From assembly GCA_965116495.1 (NCBI GenBank), contig OZ220696.1, positions 4,000,001-4,064,000 of the forward strand: a stretch of 64,000 nucleotides of DNA, read 5' to 3'. The DNA is from Gammaproteobacteria bacterium. GTDB taxonomy: Bacteria; Pseudomonadota; Gammaproteobacteria; Eutrophobiales; Eutrophobiaceae. Made by a program: the position numbers and the translations under genes. Positions 9,296-17,361 of the stretch are shown here, piece by piece (position 1 is the first letter of the stretch; every line of letters begins with the position of its first letter). The notes under the pieces were generated by a model. It searched no databases, was not told the origin of the DNA, and saw nothing but the letters and a program-made list of their open reading frames with translations.

Positions 9296-10954
9296 ATGAG
9301 TTACCAGGTCCTGGCGCGTAAATGGCGGCCCCGGTTGTTTGCCGACATGGTCGGGCAGGGGCATGTTCTCAAGGTGCTGGTGAATGCGCTGGATTCCGAC
9401 AGGTTACACCATGCATACCTGTTTACGGGAACCCGGGGCGTGGGCAAAACTACCCTGGCCAGGATCCTGGCCAAGTGTCTCAACTGTGAAGCGGGTGTCA
9501 GTTCCGAACCGTGCGCGCAGTGCAGCGCCTGTGTGGGTATCGATGAGGGCCGGTTTGTCGATTTAATAGAAGTCGACGCGGCATCTCGGGCCAAAGTGGA
9601 TGAAACCCGGGACCTGATGGATAACGTGCAGTATGCGCCCACTGCCGGCAGGTACAAGATCTACCTCATTGATGAAGTGCACATGTTCTCCAAGCACAGT
9701 TTCAACGCCTTGTTGAAAACCTTGGAGGAACCGCCTGAGCATGTAAAATTCCTGTTGGCGACGACCGAACCGAAAAAGATACCGATCACCATCCTGTCGC
9801 GCTGTTTGCAGTTCAACCTCAAGCACCTGAGCGCGGGGCAGATAGAAACCCAACTGGACAATATCCTGGAACAGGAGGAGATCGCAACAGGGGCTGACTG
9901 TACCCGCCTGATTGCCGGCGCGGCGGATGGCAGCATGCGTGACGCGCTGAGCCTGCTTGACCAGGCCATATCCTACGGCAACGGCCGCCTTGAGTCCTCC
10001 CAGGTCCGTGACATGCTGGGTACGATTGACGGGGAGGAGCTGAGCGCCTTGCTTACCGATATTATCGAACGGAATGCCGAGTCCATGTTCGCGAGAATCA
10101 ACAATATGGCCGAGCTGGCGCCGGATTATGACGCCATGCTCGCGCAACTGTTGTCCATCCTGCACGATACCGCGGTCGCACAGGTGCTGCCGGACGGCTC
10201 TGACCTGGTTGACGAGACCAGCCGCGCTTTGGCCGGCAGACTCGATAAAGAGGACGTCCAGCTCTACTACCAGCTTGCCCTGAACGGCCGCCGCGACCTG
10301 CACATCGCGCCGGATCCCAAAACGGCGTTTGAAATGACCATGATCCGCTTGCTGGCGTTTTGCCCCTGGGAGCCTGCCGGCACGCAAACGACAGGCAACG
10401 GTGGAGCGGTAACTAAACATGGCCCGTCCGGATCAGGGGGCAAGCAATCGACCGCGGGCTATGACGGCCCGGCAGAAAATAATAGCAAGCCGGACGCGGA
10501 CCGTTCCGGAGCAACGAATACGGTGAATCGTAATCAGGACCAGGTACAGGATACGCCCGCGCTCGCCGGCAACGAGGACTGGCTTAAGCTGATAGATTCG
10601 ATGGCGCTGGATGGACTGACAAAGGAACTGGCCTCCCATTGCACATTGCAGAAATATGAGGGAAACAGGATAAGTTTGAACCTGCAGCCGGAACAGGAAC
10701 ACCTGGCGGCCACGAACCAGCAGGAAAAGCTGCAGGACGCGCTCAGGTCGCGCCTCGGCGCCGAAATCAGGCTTGCTGTGCTGATCGAAGGGTCCGGGGA
10801 TGAAACGCCCGCGCAAAGGAAAGCCCGCAAGGAACTTGAGGCAAAACAGACTGCTCTTGAAGCCGTGGAAAACGACCCTGACGTCAAGTTGCTCAGAGAT
10901 ACCTTTGATGCAACCATCGATAAGGAATCGATCAAATACCTGGGGCCGGAGTAA
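9296..10954 (+). CDS. dnaX: DNA polymerase III subunit gamma/tau
   Basis: YQVLARKWRP, GTRGVGKT, DEVHM and SRC motifs. Confidence 0.98.
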   Translation: MSYQVLARKWRPRLFADMVGQGHVLKVLVNALDSDRLHHAYLFTGTRGVGKTTLARILAKCLNCEAGVSSEPCAQCSACVGIDEGRFVDLIEVDAASRAKVDETRDLMDNVQYAPTAGRYKIYLIDEVHMFSKHSFNALLKTLEEPPEHVKFLLATTEPKKIPITILSRCLQFNLKHLSAGQIETQLDNILEQEEIATGADCTRLIAGAADGSMRDALSLLDQAISYGNGRLESSQVRDMLGTIDGEELSALLTDIIERNAESMFARINNMAELAPDYDAMLAQLLSILHDTAVAQVLPDGSDLVDETSRALAGRLDKEDVQLYYQLALNGRRDLHIAPDPKTAFEMTMIRLLAFCPWEPAGTQTTGNGGAVTKHGPSGSGGKQSTAGYDGPAENNSKPDADRSGATNTVNRNQDQVQDTPALAGNEDWLKLIDSMALDGLTKELASHCTLQKYEGNRISLNLQPEQEHLAATNQQEKLQDALRSRLGAEIRLAVLIEGSGDETPAQRKARKELEAKQTALEAVENDPDVKLLRDTFDATIDKESIKYLGPE

Positions 10955-10973
10955 TATCATAGAGACAATGAAT

Positions 10974-10998
10974 GGGGACGGATTTCAAATCCGTCCCC
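10974..10998. repeat. GGGGAC-type palindrome (25 bp)
   Basis: GGGGACGGATTT-C-AAATCCGTCCCC. Confidence 0.9.
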
Positions 10999-11026
10999 GC
11001 CATGCTGAGAGAAAGAGGATAAATAA

Positions 11027-11350
11027 ATGAAAGGTGGTTTCGGTGACATCATGCAGCAGGCCCAGAAAATGCAGGAAAACATGCAGCGGGTGCAGGAGGA
11101 AATTGCGGCTACGGAAGTGCAGGGTGAGGCCGGCGCCGGCATGGTCAAGGTCATCATGACCGGGAGGCACGACGTTAAACGGGTTGAAATTGAACCGTCC
11201 CTGCTGAGCGGCGACAAGGAGATGCTGGAAGACCTGATTGCCGCCGCCGTGAATGATGCCAACAGGCGGGTGGAAAAGGCCACCCAGGACAAGATGGCCA
11301 ATGTGGCTTCCGGTCTGGAACTCCCCGCAGGATTGAAACTGCCGTTTTAA
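11027..11350 (+). CDS. ybaB: YbaB/EbfC nucleoid-associated protein
   Basis: QQAQKMQ, GAGMVKV and [14 protein letters not shown] motifs; dnaX-ybaB-recR synteny. Confidence 0.96.
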   Translation: MKGGFGDIMQQAQKMQENMQRVQEEIAATEVQGEAGAGMVKVIMTGRHDVKRVEIEPSLLSGDKEMLEDLIAAAVNDANRRVEKATQDKMANVASGLELPAGLKLPF

Positions 11351-11358
11351 CAACCAGA

Positions 11359-11454
11359 GTAATGGGGTCAGGTCGCACATTGCACACGTAAAAATAATGA
11401 CTGTGAAACTGTGACAAACCTGCGCGTGTGCAATGTGCGACCTGACCCCATTAC
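11359..11454. repeat. GGGGTCAG-type element: perfect 30-bp inverted repeat with 36-nt spacer
   Basis: GTAATGGGGTCAGGTCGCACATTGCACACG (11359-11388) and its exact reverse complement (11425-11454). Confidence 0.93.
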
Positions 11455-11479
11455 CCGCATTACCCGAAGCCGGTGACAG

Positions 11480-12103
11480 ATGCAAGCTGAACCGCCCAGG
11501 CTGAGCGCGCTGATCCAGGCGCTTTGCTGTCTGCCGGGGATCGGCAAGAAATCGGCCCAGCGTATCAGTTACCATTTGTTGCAACGGGATCGGAACGGGG
11601 CCAGGTCCTTGTCCGCGGCGCTGGCTGAAGCAATGGATAACATAGGCAGTTGTGAGAGGTGCCGCAATTTCAGTGAAACCCCGCTGTGTGATCTTTGTCA
11701 GAGCGATAGACGGGATAGCTCGCTGCTTTGCATCGTGGAAAGTCCGGTGGACGTGTTTGCCATGGAAGAGGCGGGCTATAAGGGAAAATATTTCGTGTTG
11801 ATGGGGCACCTCTCTCCCCTGGACGGCATCGGGCCGCAGGAACTGGGGCTGGACAAACTGGCGGCGTATCTTGCCGGCCCGCCCGGGAGTGAAACGGGAG
11901 GAGAGATCAGGGAGGTGATACTTGCGACCAACTCGACCATGGAAGGGGAAGCGACCGCGCATTTTATCAACAGCATCGTGCAGAGATACTCAATTCGCGT
12001 TACCCGTATCGCCCACGGCGTGCCGCTAGGTGGTGAACTGGAATATATCGACAGTAATACGCTCTCCCATGCCCTGGCCGGCCGGCACGAAATACCCGAA
12101 TGA
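11480..12103 (+). CDS. recR: Recombination mediator RecR
   Basis: LPGIGKKSAQR, C4 zinc finger, TOPRIM (EGEATA) and GVPLGGELEY motifs. Confidence 0.97.
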   Translation: MQAEPPRLSALIQALCCLPGIGKKSAQRISYHLLQRDRNGARSLSAALAEAMDNIGSCERCRNFSETPLCDLCQSDRRDSSLLCIVESPVDVFAMEEAGYKGKYFVLMGHLSPLDGIGPQELGLDKLAAYLAGPPGSETGGEIREVILATNSTMEGEATAHFINSIVQRYSIRVTRIAHGVPLGGELEYIDSNTLSHALAGRHEIPE

Positions 12104-12139
12104 TCAGGGTAACCGTATTGAAACTGCTTGCCTGATCCC

Positions 12140-13378
12140 TTACCCGGCGGACAAGTGGGCTATTCTTATGGGCGCCGGCGGGTGCGAATCATGAAAAGCT
12201 GAATACAACGGGTCCGGGGTCAGGGTATTGGCATTTTCCTTGTAAAGCTTGACCAGGGCGTTGATCAGGCTGCCGGCCTGCACCTGGGCCTTGGCAAAAT
12301 CGTCGGCTTCAAACTCGTGTTTGCGCGAGAGAGATGAAAACATGGGTTGCAGAAAGAAGGTGAATGCCGGCGCTACCAGTACGAACAGGGTCAGGGCCAT
12401 GTAGGTCGAGGCTGCGCTGACACCCAGGCCTGCGTAGAACCAGGGTACTTCCAGCAAAACGCCTAGTATGGCGAAACCGGTGAGAAAGGTCAGCCCCAGG
12501 ATGGCAAGGCGTTTCTTGATATGGCCGCATTTGAAATGCCCCAGTTCATGGGCCAGGACCGCCTCGATCTCATCGTGGGACAGTTCATCGATCAGGGTGT
12601 CAAAAAATACGATCCGCTTGTTTGCTCCCAGACCGGTGAAGTAGGCGTTCCCATGGGTGGAGCGGGTCGAACCGTCCATGACGAAGATGCCGTTGCTGGT
12701 GAAGCCGTTACGGTCCAGCAAGGCGGCGATACGTTGCGCGAGCTCGGCGTTGCTTAACGGTCTGAACTTGTTGAACAACGGCGCGATCAGGGCGGGATAA
12801 GCCCATACCATGACCAGGTTGAAACCGAACCAGGTCAACCATACGTACAACCACCACCAGGCGCCCGAGTTGTCCATGAACCACAACACCAGCATGATCA
12901 GCGGTGTGCCGATAAGCAGCGCCAGCAGGGTATTTTTCAGCAGGTCGTTGAAAAACAGCTTGAGGGTCATCTTGTTGAATCCGAAGCGCTGTTCCAGCCT
13001 GAATGTGCGATACAGCGACAGGGGCAGGTCCAGCAGGGATGAGATCAATAACACTGCCAGGATGAAGACAGTTCCCGTCCACAAGGTGGATAACTGGTAT
13101 GGACGGACGACGCTGTCAAGTAAATCCAGGCCCCCTCCCAGGGTCCAGATCAGCAACAGCAGCGATGACACGACCAGTTCGAGCAAGCCGGCGCGGGTCT
13201 TGGCGCAAGTGTAATCAGCCGCCTTGCGGTGTGCGTCAAGGGGGATCTTGTCCGCGAACTCATCCGGCACCGCATCCCGTTTGGCCCTGATGTGGCGGAC
13301 ATGACGCACGCTCAGGCGCCATTGAAGTAAAACGCCTGAAATCAATGCTATGATAAACAGGTAGGTAAATGTATTCAT
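12140..13378 (-). CDS. M48 (Ste24-like) membrane zinc peptidase
   Basis: Multiple TM helices, NAYFTG, AHELGH, EFEAD and SHPP motifs. Confidence 0.93.
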   Translation of the reverse strand: MNTFTYLFIIALISGVLLQWRLSVRHVRHIRAKRDAVPDEFADKIPLDAHRKAADYTCAKTRAGLLELVVSSLLLLIWTLGGGLDLLDSVVRPYQLSTLWTGTVFILAVLLISSLLDLPLSLYRTFRLEQRFGFNKMTLKLFFNDLLKNTLLALLIGTPLIMLVLWFMDNSGAWWWLYVWLTWFGFNLVMVWAYPALIAPLFNKFRPLSNAELAQRIAALLDRNGFTSNGIFVMDGSTRSTHGNAYFTGLGANKRIVFFDTLIDELSHDEIEAVLAHELGHFKCGHIKKRLAILGLTFLTGFAILGVLLEVPWFYAGLGVSAASTYMALTLFVLVAPAFTFFLQPMFSSLSRKHEFEADDFAKAQVQAGSLINALVKLYKENANTLTPDPLYSAFHDSHPPAPIRIAHLSAG

Positions 13379-13446
13379 GGATCAACTGTCGGTTCCCAAT
13401 ACGATTAAGGTAGTATCAACTAAAAACAAATATCGAACAACCCTGA

Positions 13447-13504
13447 ACAAATTTGGGACACCCGTAAATTTGCAACAATCACAAATTTGGGACACCCATA
13501 AATT
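13447..13504. repeat. Tandem 24-bp direct repeat (34-bp period) in a divergent promoter region
   Basis: ACAAATTTGGGACACCC[G/A]TAAATT at 13447-13470 and 13481-13504. Confidence 0.88.
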
Positions 13505-13516
13505 CGTAACTCTAAG

Positions 13517-14059
13517 ATGCCTTCGCTGGATACCAACCTGATATGGATCGACCTGGAAATGACCGGATTGCTCCCGGAGCAGGATTACATCATAGAGATT
13601 GCAACCGTGATCACCGATGCCCAGTTGAACCTGCTGGCGGAAGGTCCGGTGATGGCCCTGAACCAGCCTGAATCGGTCCTGTCCCGCATGGATGACTGGA
13701 ACATGAACCAGCATACCCGCTCAGGCTTGTTGCAGCGGGTGCGCAGCAGTGAATATTCCGAGTCGGATGGCGAGAAACTCACCCTGGAATTTTTGCGTAA
13801 ATACGTAGCGGCCGGGGTCTCCCCCATGTGCGGCAACAGTATCTGCCAGGACCGCCGTTTCCTCGTCCGGCACATGCCCGGGCTTGAGAAATATTTTCAC
13901 TATCGTAATCTGGACGTGAGCACAGTGAAGGAACTGGTCAAGCGCTGGACCAACAACCAGGAGCCGTTTGACAAGGAATCGACCCATCTTGCCCTGAACG
14001 ACATCCGCGATTCCATCGAAGAATTACGCCATTACCGGAAACTGTATTTCAACTGTTAA
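13517..14059 (+). CDS. orn: Oligoribonuclease
   Basis: [32 protein letters not shown] and HLALNDI motifs. Confidence 0.97.
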   Translation: MPSLDTNLIWIDLEMTGLLPEQDYIIEIATVITDAQLNLLAEGPVMALNQPESVLSRMDDWNMNQHTRSGLLQRVRSSEYSESDGEKLTLEFLRKYVAAGVSPMCGNSICQDRRFLVRHMPGLEKYFHYRNLDVSTVKELVKRWTNNQEPFDKESTHLALNDIRDSIEELRHYRKLYFNC

Positions 14060-14065
14060 GGGAAA

Positions 14066-15649
14066 ATGCCTGATTACGACGTCATCATTGCCGGCGGCGG
14101 CCATAACGCACTGATCTGTGCTGCGCTCCTGGTCAGAAACGGCCTGAAAGTCCTGGTGGCCGAGCGCAATGACTGGGTGGGCGGCGGTGTGGTTACCCGG
14201 GAAGTTACCCTGCCCGGTTATAAACATGACATGTTCGGTTCTTCCCACGTCTGGATCCACCTGAACCCCGATTTCAAGACCCTGCAGCCCGAACTGGAAC
14301 AATACGGCCTGAAATACATCTGGTCCGAAGACCACATTACCGGCCACCCGAACAAGTACGAGGGGCAGGGTATCATCGTTTACAAGGACGTGGACAAGAC
14401 CTGTGACACGATAGCGGAATACTCCCGCCGGGACGCCAGGCGCTACCGGGAAATCTACGAGGAATTCGGCGAGATCCGGGAGGGTGTGATCAAGGGCATG
14501 TTCTCTCCCCCGGCGCCGCCCAGTTACCTGTACCAGGCCATGGAAAACAGCCCCGAAGGGTTAAAGCGTTTACGTGACTACCAGTTGAGTTCGCGCCAGT
14601 TCACCCTGGAGAATTTCGAGAACGATCATGTGCGCGCCTTTATCCTGGGTTGGGCGATGGCGCCACAGACGCTGCCGGACCAGTTGGGCACGGCAGCCGG
14701 CTTCTACGTCATGATCCCCAGTATCCATTACTACGGGCAGGCCATACCGGAAGGCGGCAGCGGTATGCTGGCGGTGGCCCTGCAGCAATATATCGAGGCC
14801 AACGGCGGCGTGGTGCTGACCGGCGCGACGGTCAGAAAGTTTATCGTCGAAAACGATGAGTGTATCGGCATTCGCCTGGAGGACGGTTCTGAAATCAGCG
14901 CCGGACAGGCGGTTGTCTCGGAACTGGACCCCTACCAGACCTACCTGCACGGTTTCGATGAGGGCGTGCTCACACAGGAGTTTCTTGACCTGGTGCGAAA
15001 TTTCCGCTTCGGTGACGTGACCATCGCCCGCGTCCATTACGCGCTGAACGAAGCGCCTAAATTCAGGAACGGGACGGACATGGACAGGACGGCCTTCCAG
15101 CGCATCTTCGGCACGGTGGCGGATATCGATAAACAATACAACGAGATGGCCGCGGGGCTGGCCCCGACCGATCCGTTTTTATGGACTGCCGCCTGGACCA
15201 CCATGGACCCCAGCCGGGCGCCGGCGGGCAAGCATACGCTGATCATGGATACCTTTGTGCCGGTAGACCTGGCATCCGGCCAGGACTGGGAACAGATCGG
15301 CCCCGCGTATGTACGCAATACCTTACTGGAGCAATTGCGCAATTACACGGTCAACATGGATGATGACAATATACTGGCTGAATACGTGGAAACAGGACCA
15401 AGCCTGGCCAGGGCAAACCTGTGCTTTTACCGGGGCGTCACCACCGGCGGCGAACGCACCCTGTCCCAGATGGGGGCGTTCCGGCCGTTTCCGAATTATG
15501 CCGACTATCGGGGTCCCATCAAGAAATTCTATATGACCGGGCCGTCCTGTCACCCCGGCGGGGGTATCTGCGGTATGGGTTCCATCGCGGCTAACGAAAT
15601 TCTCCTGGACCTGGGGTTGAAGCAGGAAGATGATGATTTTGATTTTTGA
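14066..15649 (+). CDS. FAD-dependent oxidoreductase, phytoene-desaturase-like (COG1233) family
   Basis: GGGHNAL dinucleotide motif, APAGKHT and C-terminal TGPSCHPGGGICG. Confidence 0.88.
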   Translation: MPDYDVIIAGGGHNALICAALLVRNGLKVLVAERNDWVGGGVVTREVTLPGYKHDMFGSSHVWIHLNPDFKTLQPELEQYGLKYIWSEDHITGHPNKYEGQGIIVYKDVDKTCDTIAEYSRRDARRYREIYEEFGEIREGVIKGMFSPPAPPSYLYQAMENSPEGLKRLRDYQLSSRQFTLENFENDHVRAFILGWAMAPQTLPDQLGTAAGFYVMIPSIHYYGQAIPEGGSGMLAVALQQYIEANGGVVLTGATVRKFIVENDECIGIRLEDGSEISAGQAVVSELDPYQTYLHGFDEGVLTQEFLDLVRNFRFGDVTIARVHYALNEAPKFRNGTDMDRTAFQRIFGTVADIDKQYNEMAAGLAPTDPFLWTAAWTTMDPSRAPAGKHTLIMDTFVPVDLASGQDWEQIGPAYVRNTLLEQLRNYTVNMDDDNILAEYVETGPSLARANLCFYRGVTTGGERTLSQMGAFRPFPNYADYRGPIKKFYMTGPSCHPGGGICGMGSIAANEILLDLGLKQEDDDFDF

Positions 15650-15667
15650 TTTTGTAGATAGAGCGTG

Positions 15668-15725
15668 CACAGAGGAAAACAAATTTGGACAGCGAAAAGT
15701 CTGTCCAGATTTGTTTTCCTCTGTG
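15668..15725. repeat. 25-bp inverted repeat (1 mismatch, 8-nt loop) with GGACAG/CTGTCC core
   Basis: CACAGAGGAAAACAAATTTGGACAG ... CTGTCCAGATTTGTTTTCCTCTGTG. Confidence 0.88.
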
Positions 15726-15761
15726 TCTGGTGGATGTAACATTAATCGGGACGAGAGGGCT

Positions 15762-15785
15762 GGGGACGGAATTAATTCCGTCCCC
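15762..15785. repeat. Perfect 24-bp palindrome, GGGGAC family
   Basis: GGGGACGGAATTAATTCCGTCCCC. Confidence 0.93.
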
Positions 15786-15812
15786 TGATAAACAAACAAC
15801 AAGGTATTAAAC

Positions 15813-16973
15813 ATGTCTGAAAAAGCTGAGCGTATCGCGCCTTACACGGCGCTGGTGGTGCAACCGGAGGTAACGGTTGTAAAGAAACGGGAAGATATCA
15901 GGAAAAACCTGGACCGGGTGTGCAACCTGATCCACTTCGGCGTGGGTTATTTCTGGGAACAGCCGGTGCGCCTGGTGGTGTTACCGGAATATTTCATGCA
16001 GGGTGTCGGCACGCCGGGCAAGGGTGAAAGCCGCATCAAGGACCAGATGGACAAGGTGGTGACCATTCCGGGACCTGAATCGGAACAACTGGGTGAAATA
16101 GCCCGGCAGTATGGATTGTATATCGTCGCCGGCGGCGTCTGCGAGGAATTGCCTGAGTTTCCGGACCGCTGGTTCAACAGCAATTTTATCGTCGGGCCGG
16201 AAGGCGACATCGTACTGAAATACCACAAGTGGCATATCCCCGCGTACATCGGCCTCGGCACCAGCCCCCATGACCTGTTTACCGAGTACTGCGAAAAAAT
16301 CGGCGGCGATATCAAGGACCTGTTCCCCGTGGTCGATACCCCCATCGGCAAGCTCGGCACCATGACCTGCCATGACGGCTGTACCCCGGAGGTCTCCCGC
16401 GCCCTGGGCTATAACGGGGTGGAGATCATCTGCCATCCCGGCGCCATCCAGGAGGTGGAAGGCGTGTCCGAACCCTGGGATTTCTGGATGTTCACCCGGC
16501 GCGCCCGGGCCCACGATAATATGTGTTACCTGCTGGGTTCCAACTGGGGCAAGGTCAATTACGAGTATTACCCCAAGGCCTTTTGCCCGGGTAATTCATT
16601 TGCCATTGATTATACCGGTATGGTCCTGCGCCATGTGCCTTACCCTGAGGAACAAGTGCTGGCGGTTTCCATCGACATCGAGGCATTGCGGCATCACCGG
16701 ACAAAGACCATCCACAACTGCTGGGTGGACCTGCGTACCGAGGGATTTCGCCAGATCTACGATAATCCCATCTACCCGCCCAACCGCTTCCCCCCCGGCA
16801 AGGCCCCGCGCAGTCTGTCGGAAAAGGTGTCAATCTGCAAGGAGGTATTTGACGACCTGTACGGGCGCGGCCAGTTCACGCCGCCGGCGGGGTATGCGCC
16901 CGAAGACATTTCCCAATTGCTGGAAGACAGGATCGCCTACGCCCAGGAAACAGGGCGCCTGAAGAAGAGTTAA
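15813..16973 (+). CDS. Nitrilase-superfamily carbon-nitrogen hydrolase
   Basis: E-K-C triad motifs VLPEYF, YHKWH and MTCHDG; RARAHDN. Confidence 0.87.
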   Translation: MSEKAERIAPYTALVVQPEVTVVKKREDIRKNLDRVCNLIHFGVGYFWEQPVRLVVLPEYFMQGVGTPGKGESRIKDQMDKVVTIPGPESEQLGEIARQYGLYIVAGGVCEELPEFPDRWFNSNFIVGPEGDIVLKYHKWHIPAYIGLGTSPHDLFTEYCEKIGGDIKDLFPVVDTPIGKLGTMTCHDGCTPEVSRALGYNGVEIICHPGAIQEVEGVSEPWDFWMFTRRARAHDNMCYLLGSNWGKVNYEYYPKAFCPGNSFAIDYTGMVLRHVPYPEEQVLAVSIDIEALRHHRTKTIHNCWVDLRTEGFRQIYDNPIYPPNRFPPGKAPRSLSEKVSICKEVFDDLYGRGQFTPPAGYAPEDISQLLEDRIAYAQETGRLKKS

Positions 16974-16977
16974 TCCG

Positions 16978-17220
16978 ATGAGAGTACGCAGCAAACTGGC
17001 GGACGTCGAATTTCAGTTCGGCGAGTTCGAATACAGGAAAGATCACCTGGTCATCCACAGCGCAGCGGAGCAGGCCATGCAGACCCGGGTCTACGTCAGC
17101 CCCGATGATATCGTCAATGCCTTGAAGAAAGCCCTGTCCAATCCGCGGGTGTGGCTATACTTTGCCGGGTTCCCGTTTTTCCTGGCCAGGTACCGGCGTA
17201 GGAAGAAAATTAGGAATTAG
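16978..17220 (+). CDS. Small hypothetical protein with C-terminal hydrophobic/basic tail
   Basis: 80 aa, 4 nt after the hydrolase stop, codon usage like its neighbours. Confidence 0.7.
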   Translation: MRVRSKLADVEFQFGEFEYRKDHLVIHSAAEQAMQTRVYVSPDDIVNALKKALSNPRVWLYFAGFPFFLARYRRRKKIRN

Positions 17221-17249
17221 GAATTAGGAATTACGAATTAGGAATTGGA
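17208..17249. repeat. Heptamer tandem repeat (AATTAGG)x6, followed by a G8 tract
   Basis: AATTAGG x3, AATTACG, AATTAGG, AATTGGA; G8 at 17251-17258. Confidence 0.92.
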
Positions 17250-17275
17250 AGGGGGGGGTGGAATATTTCTATAAT
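17245..17275 (+). promoter_or_regulatory. Candidate sigma70 promoter with poly-G in the spacer, upstream of the TonB receptor
   Basis: TTGGAA (17245-50), 19-nt spacer containing G8, perfect TATAAT (17270-75). Confidence 0.45.
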
Positions 17276-17283
17276 AGAATTCA

Positions 17284-17325
17284 GGGGTCAGAGTAAAAAT
17301 TCTTCGAATTTCTTACTCTGAGCCC
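17284..17325. repeat. 42-bp GGGGTCAGAGTAA palindromic element, copy A
   Basis: Reverse complement matches copy B at 40/42 positions. Confidence 0.92.
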
Positions 17326-17361
17326 GCACCCCATCGATACAAGAGGACAGCCTGTTCACCC

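Noticed and set aside
9296-10954. Programmed -1 frameshift in dnaX
   Set aside because: No A AAA AAG or long A-run seen in the post-domain-III linker.
13447-13504. Possible mini CRISPR array
   Set aside because: Only two repeats, a 10-nt spacer and no cas genes.
14066-15649. Carotenoid biosynthesis (crtI)
   Set aside because: Family-level similarity only; no crtB/crtE/crtY nearby.
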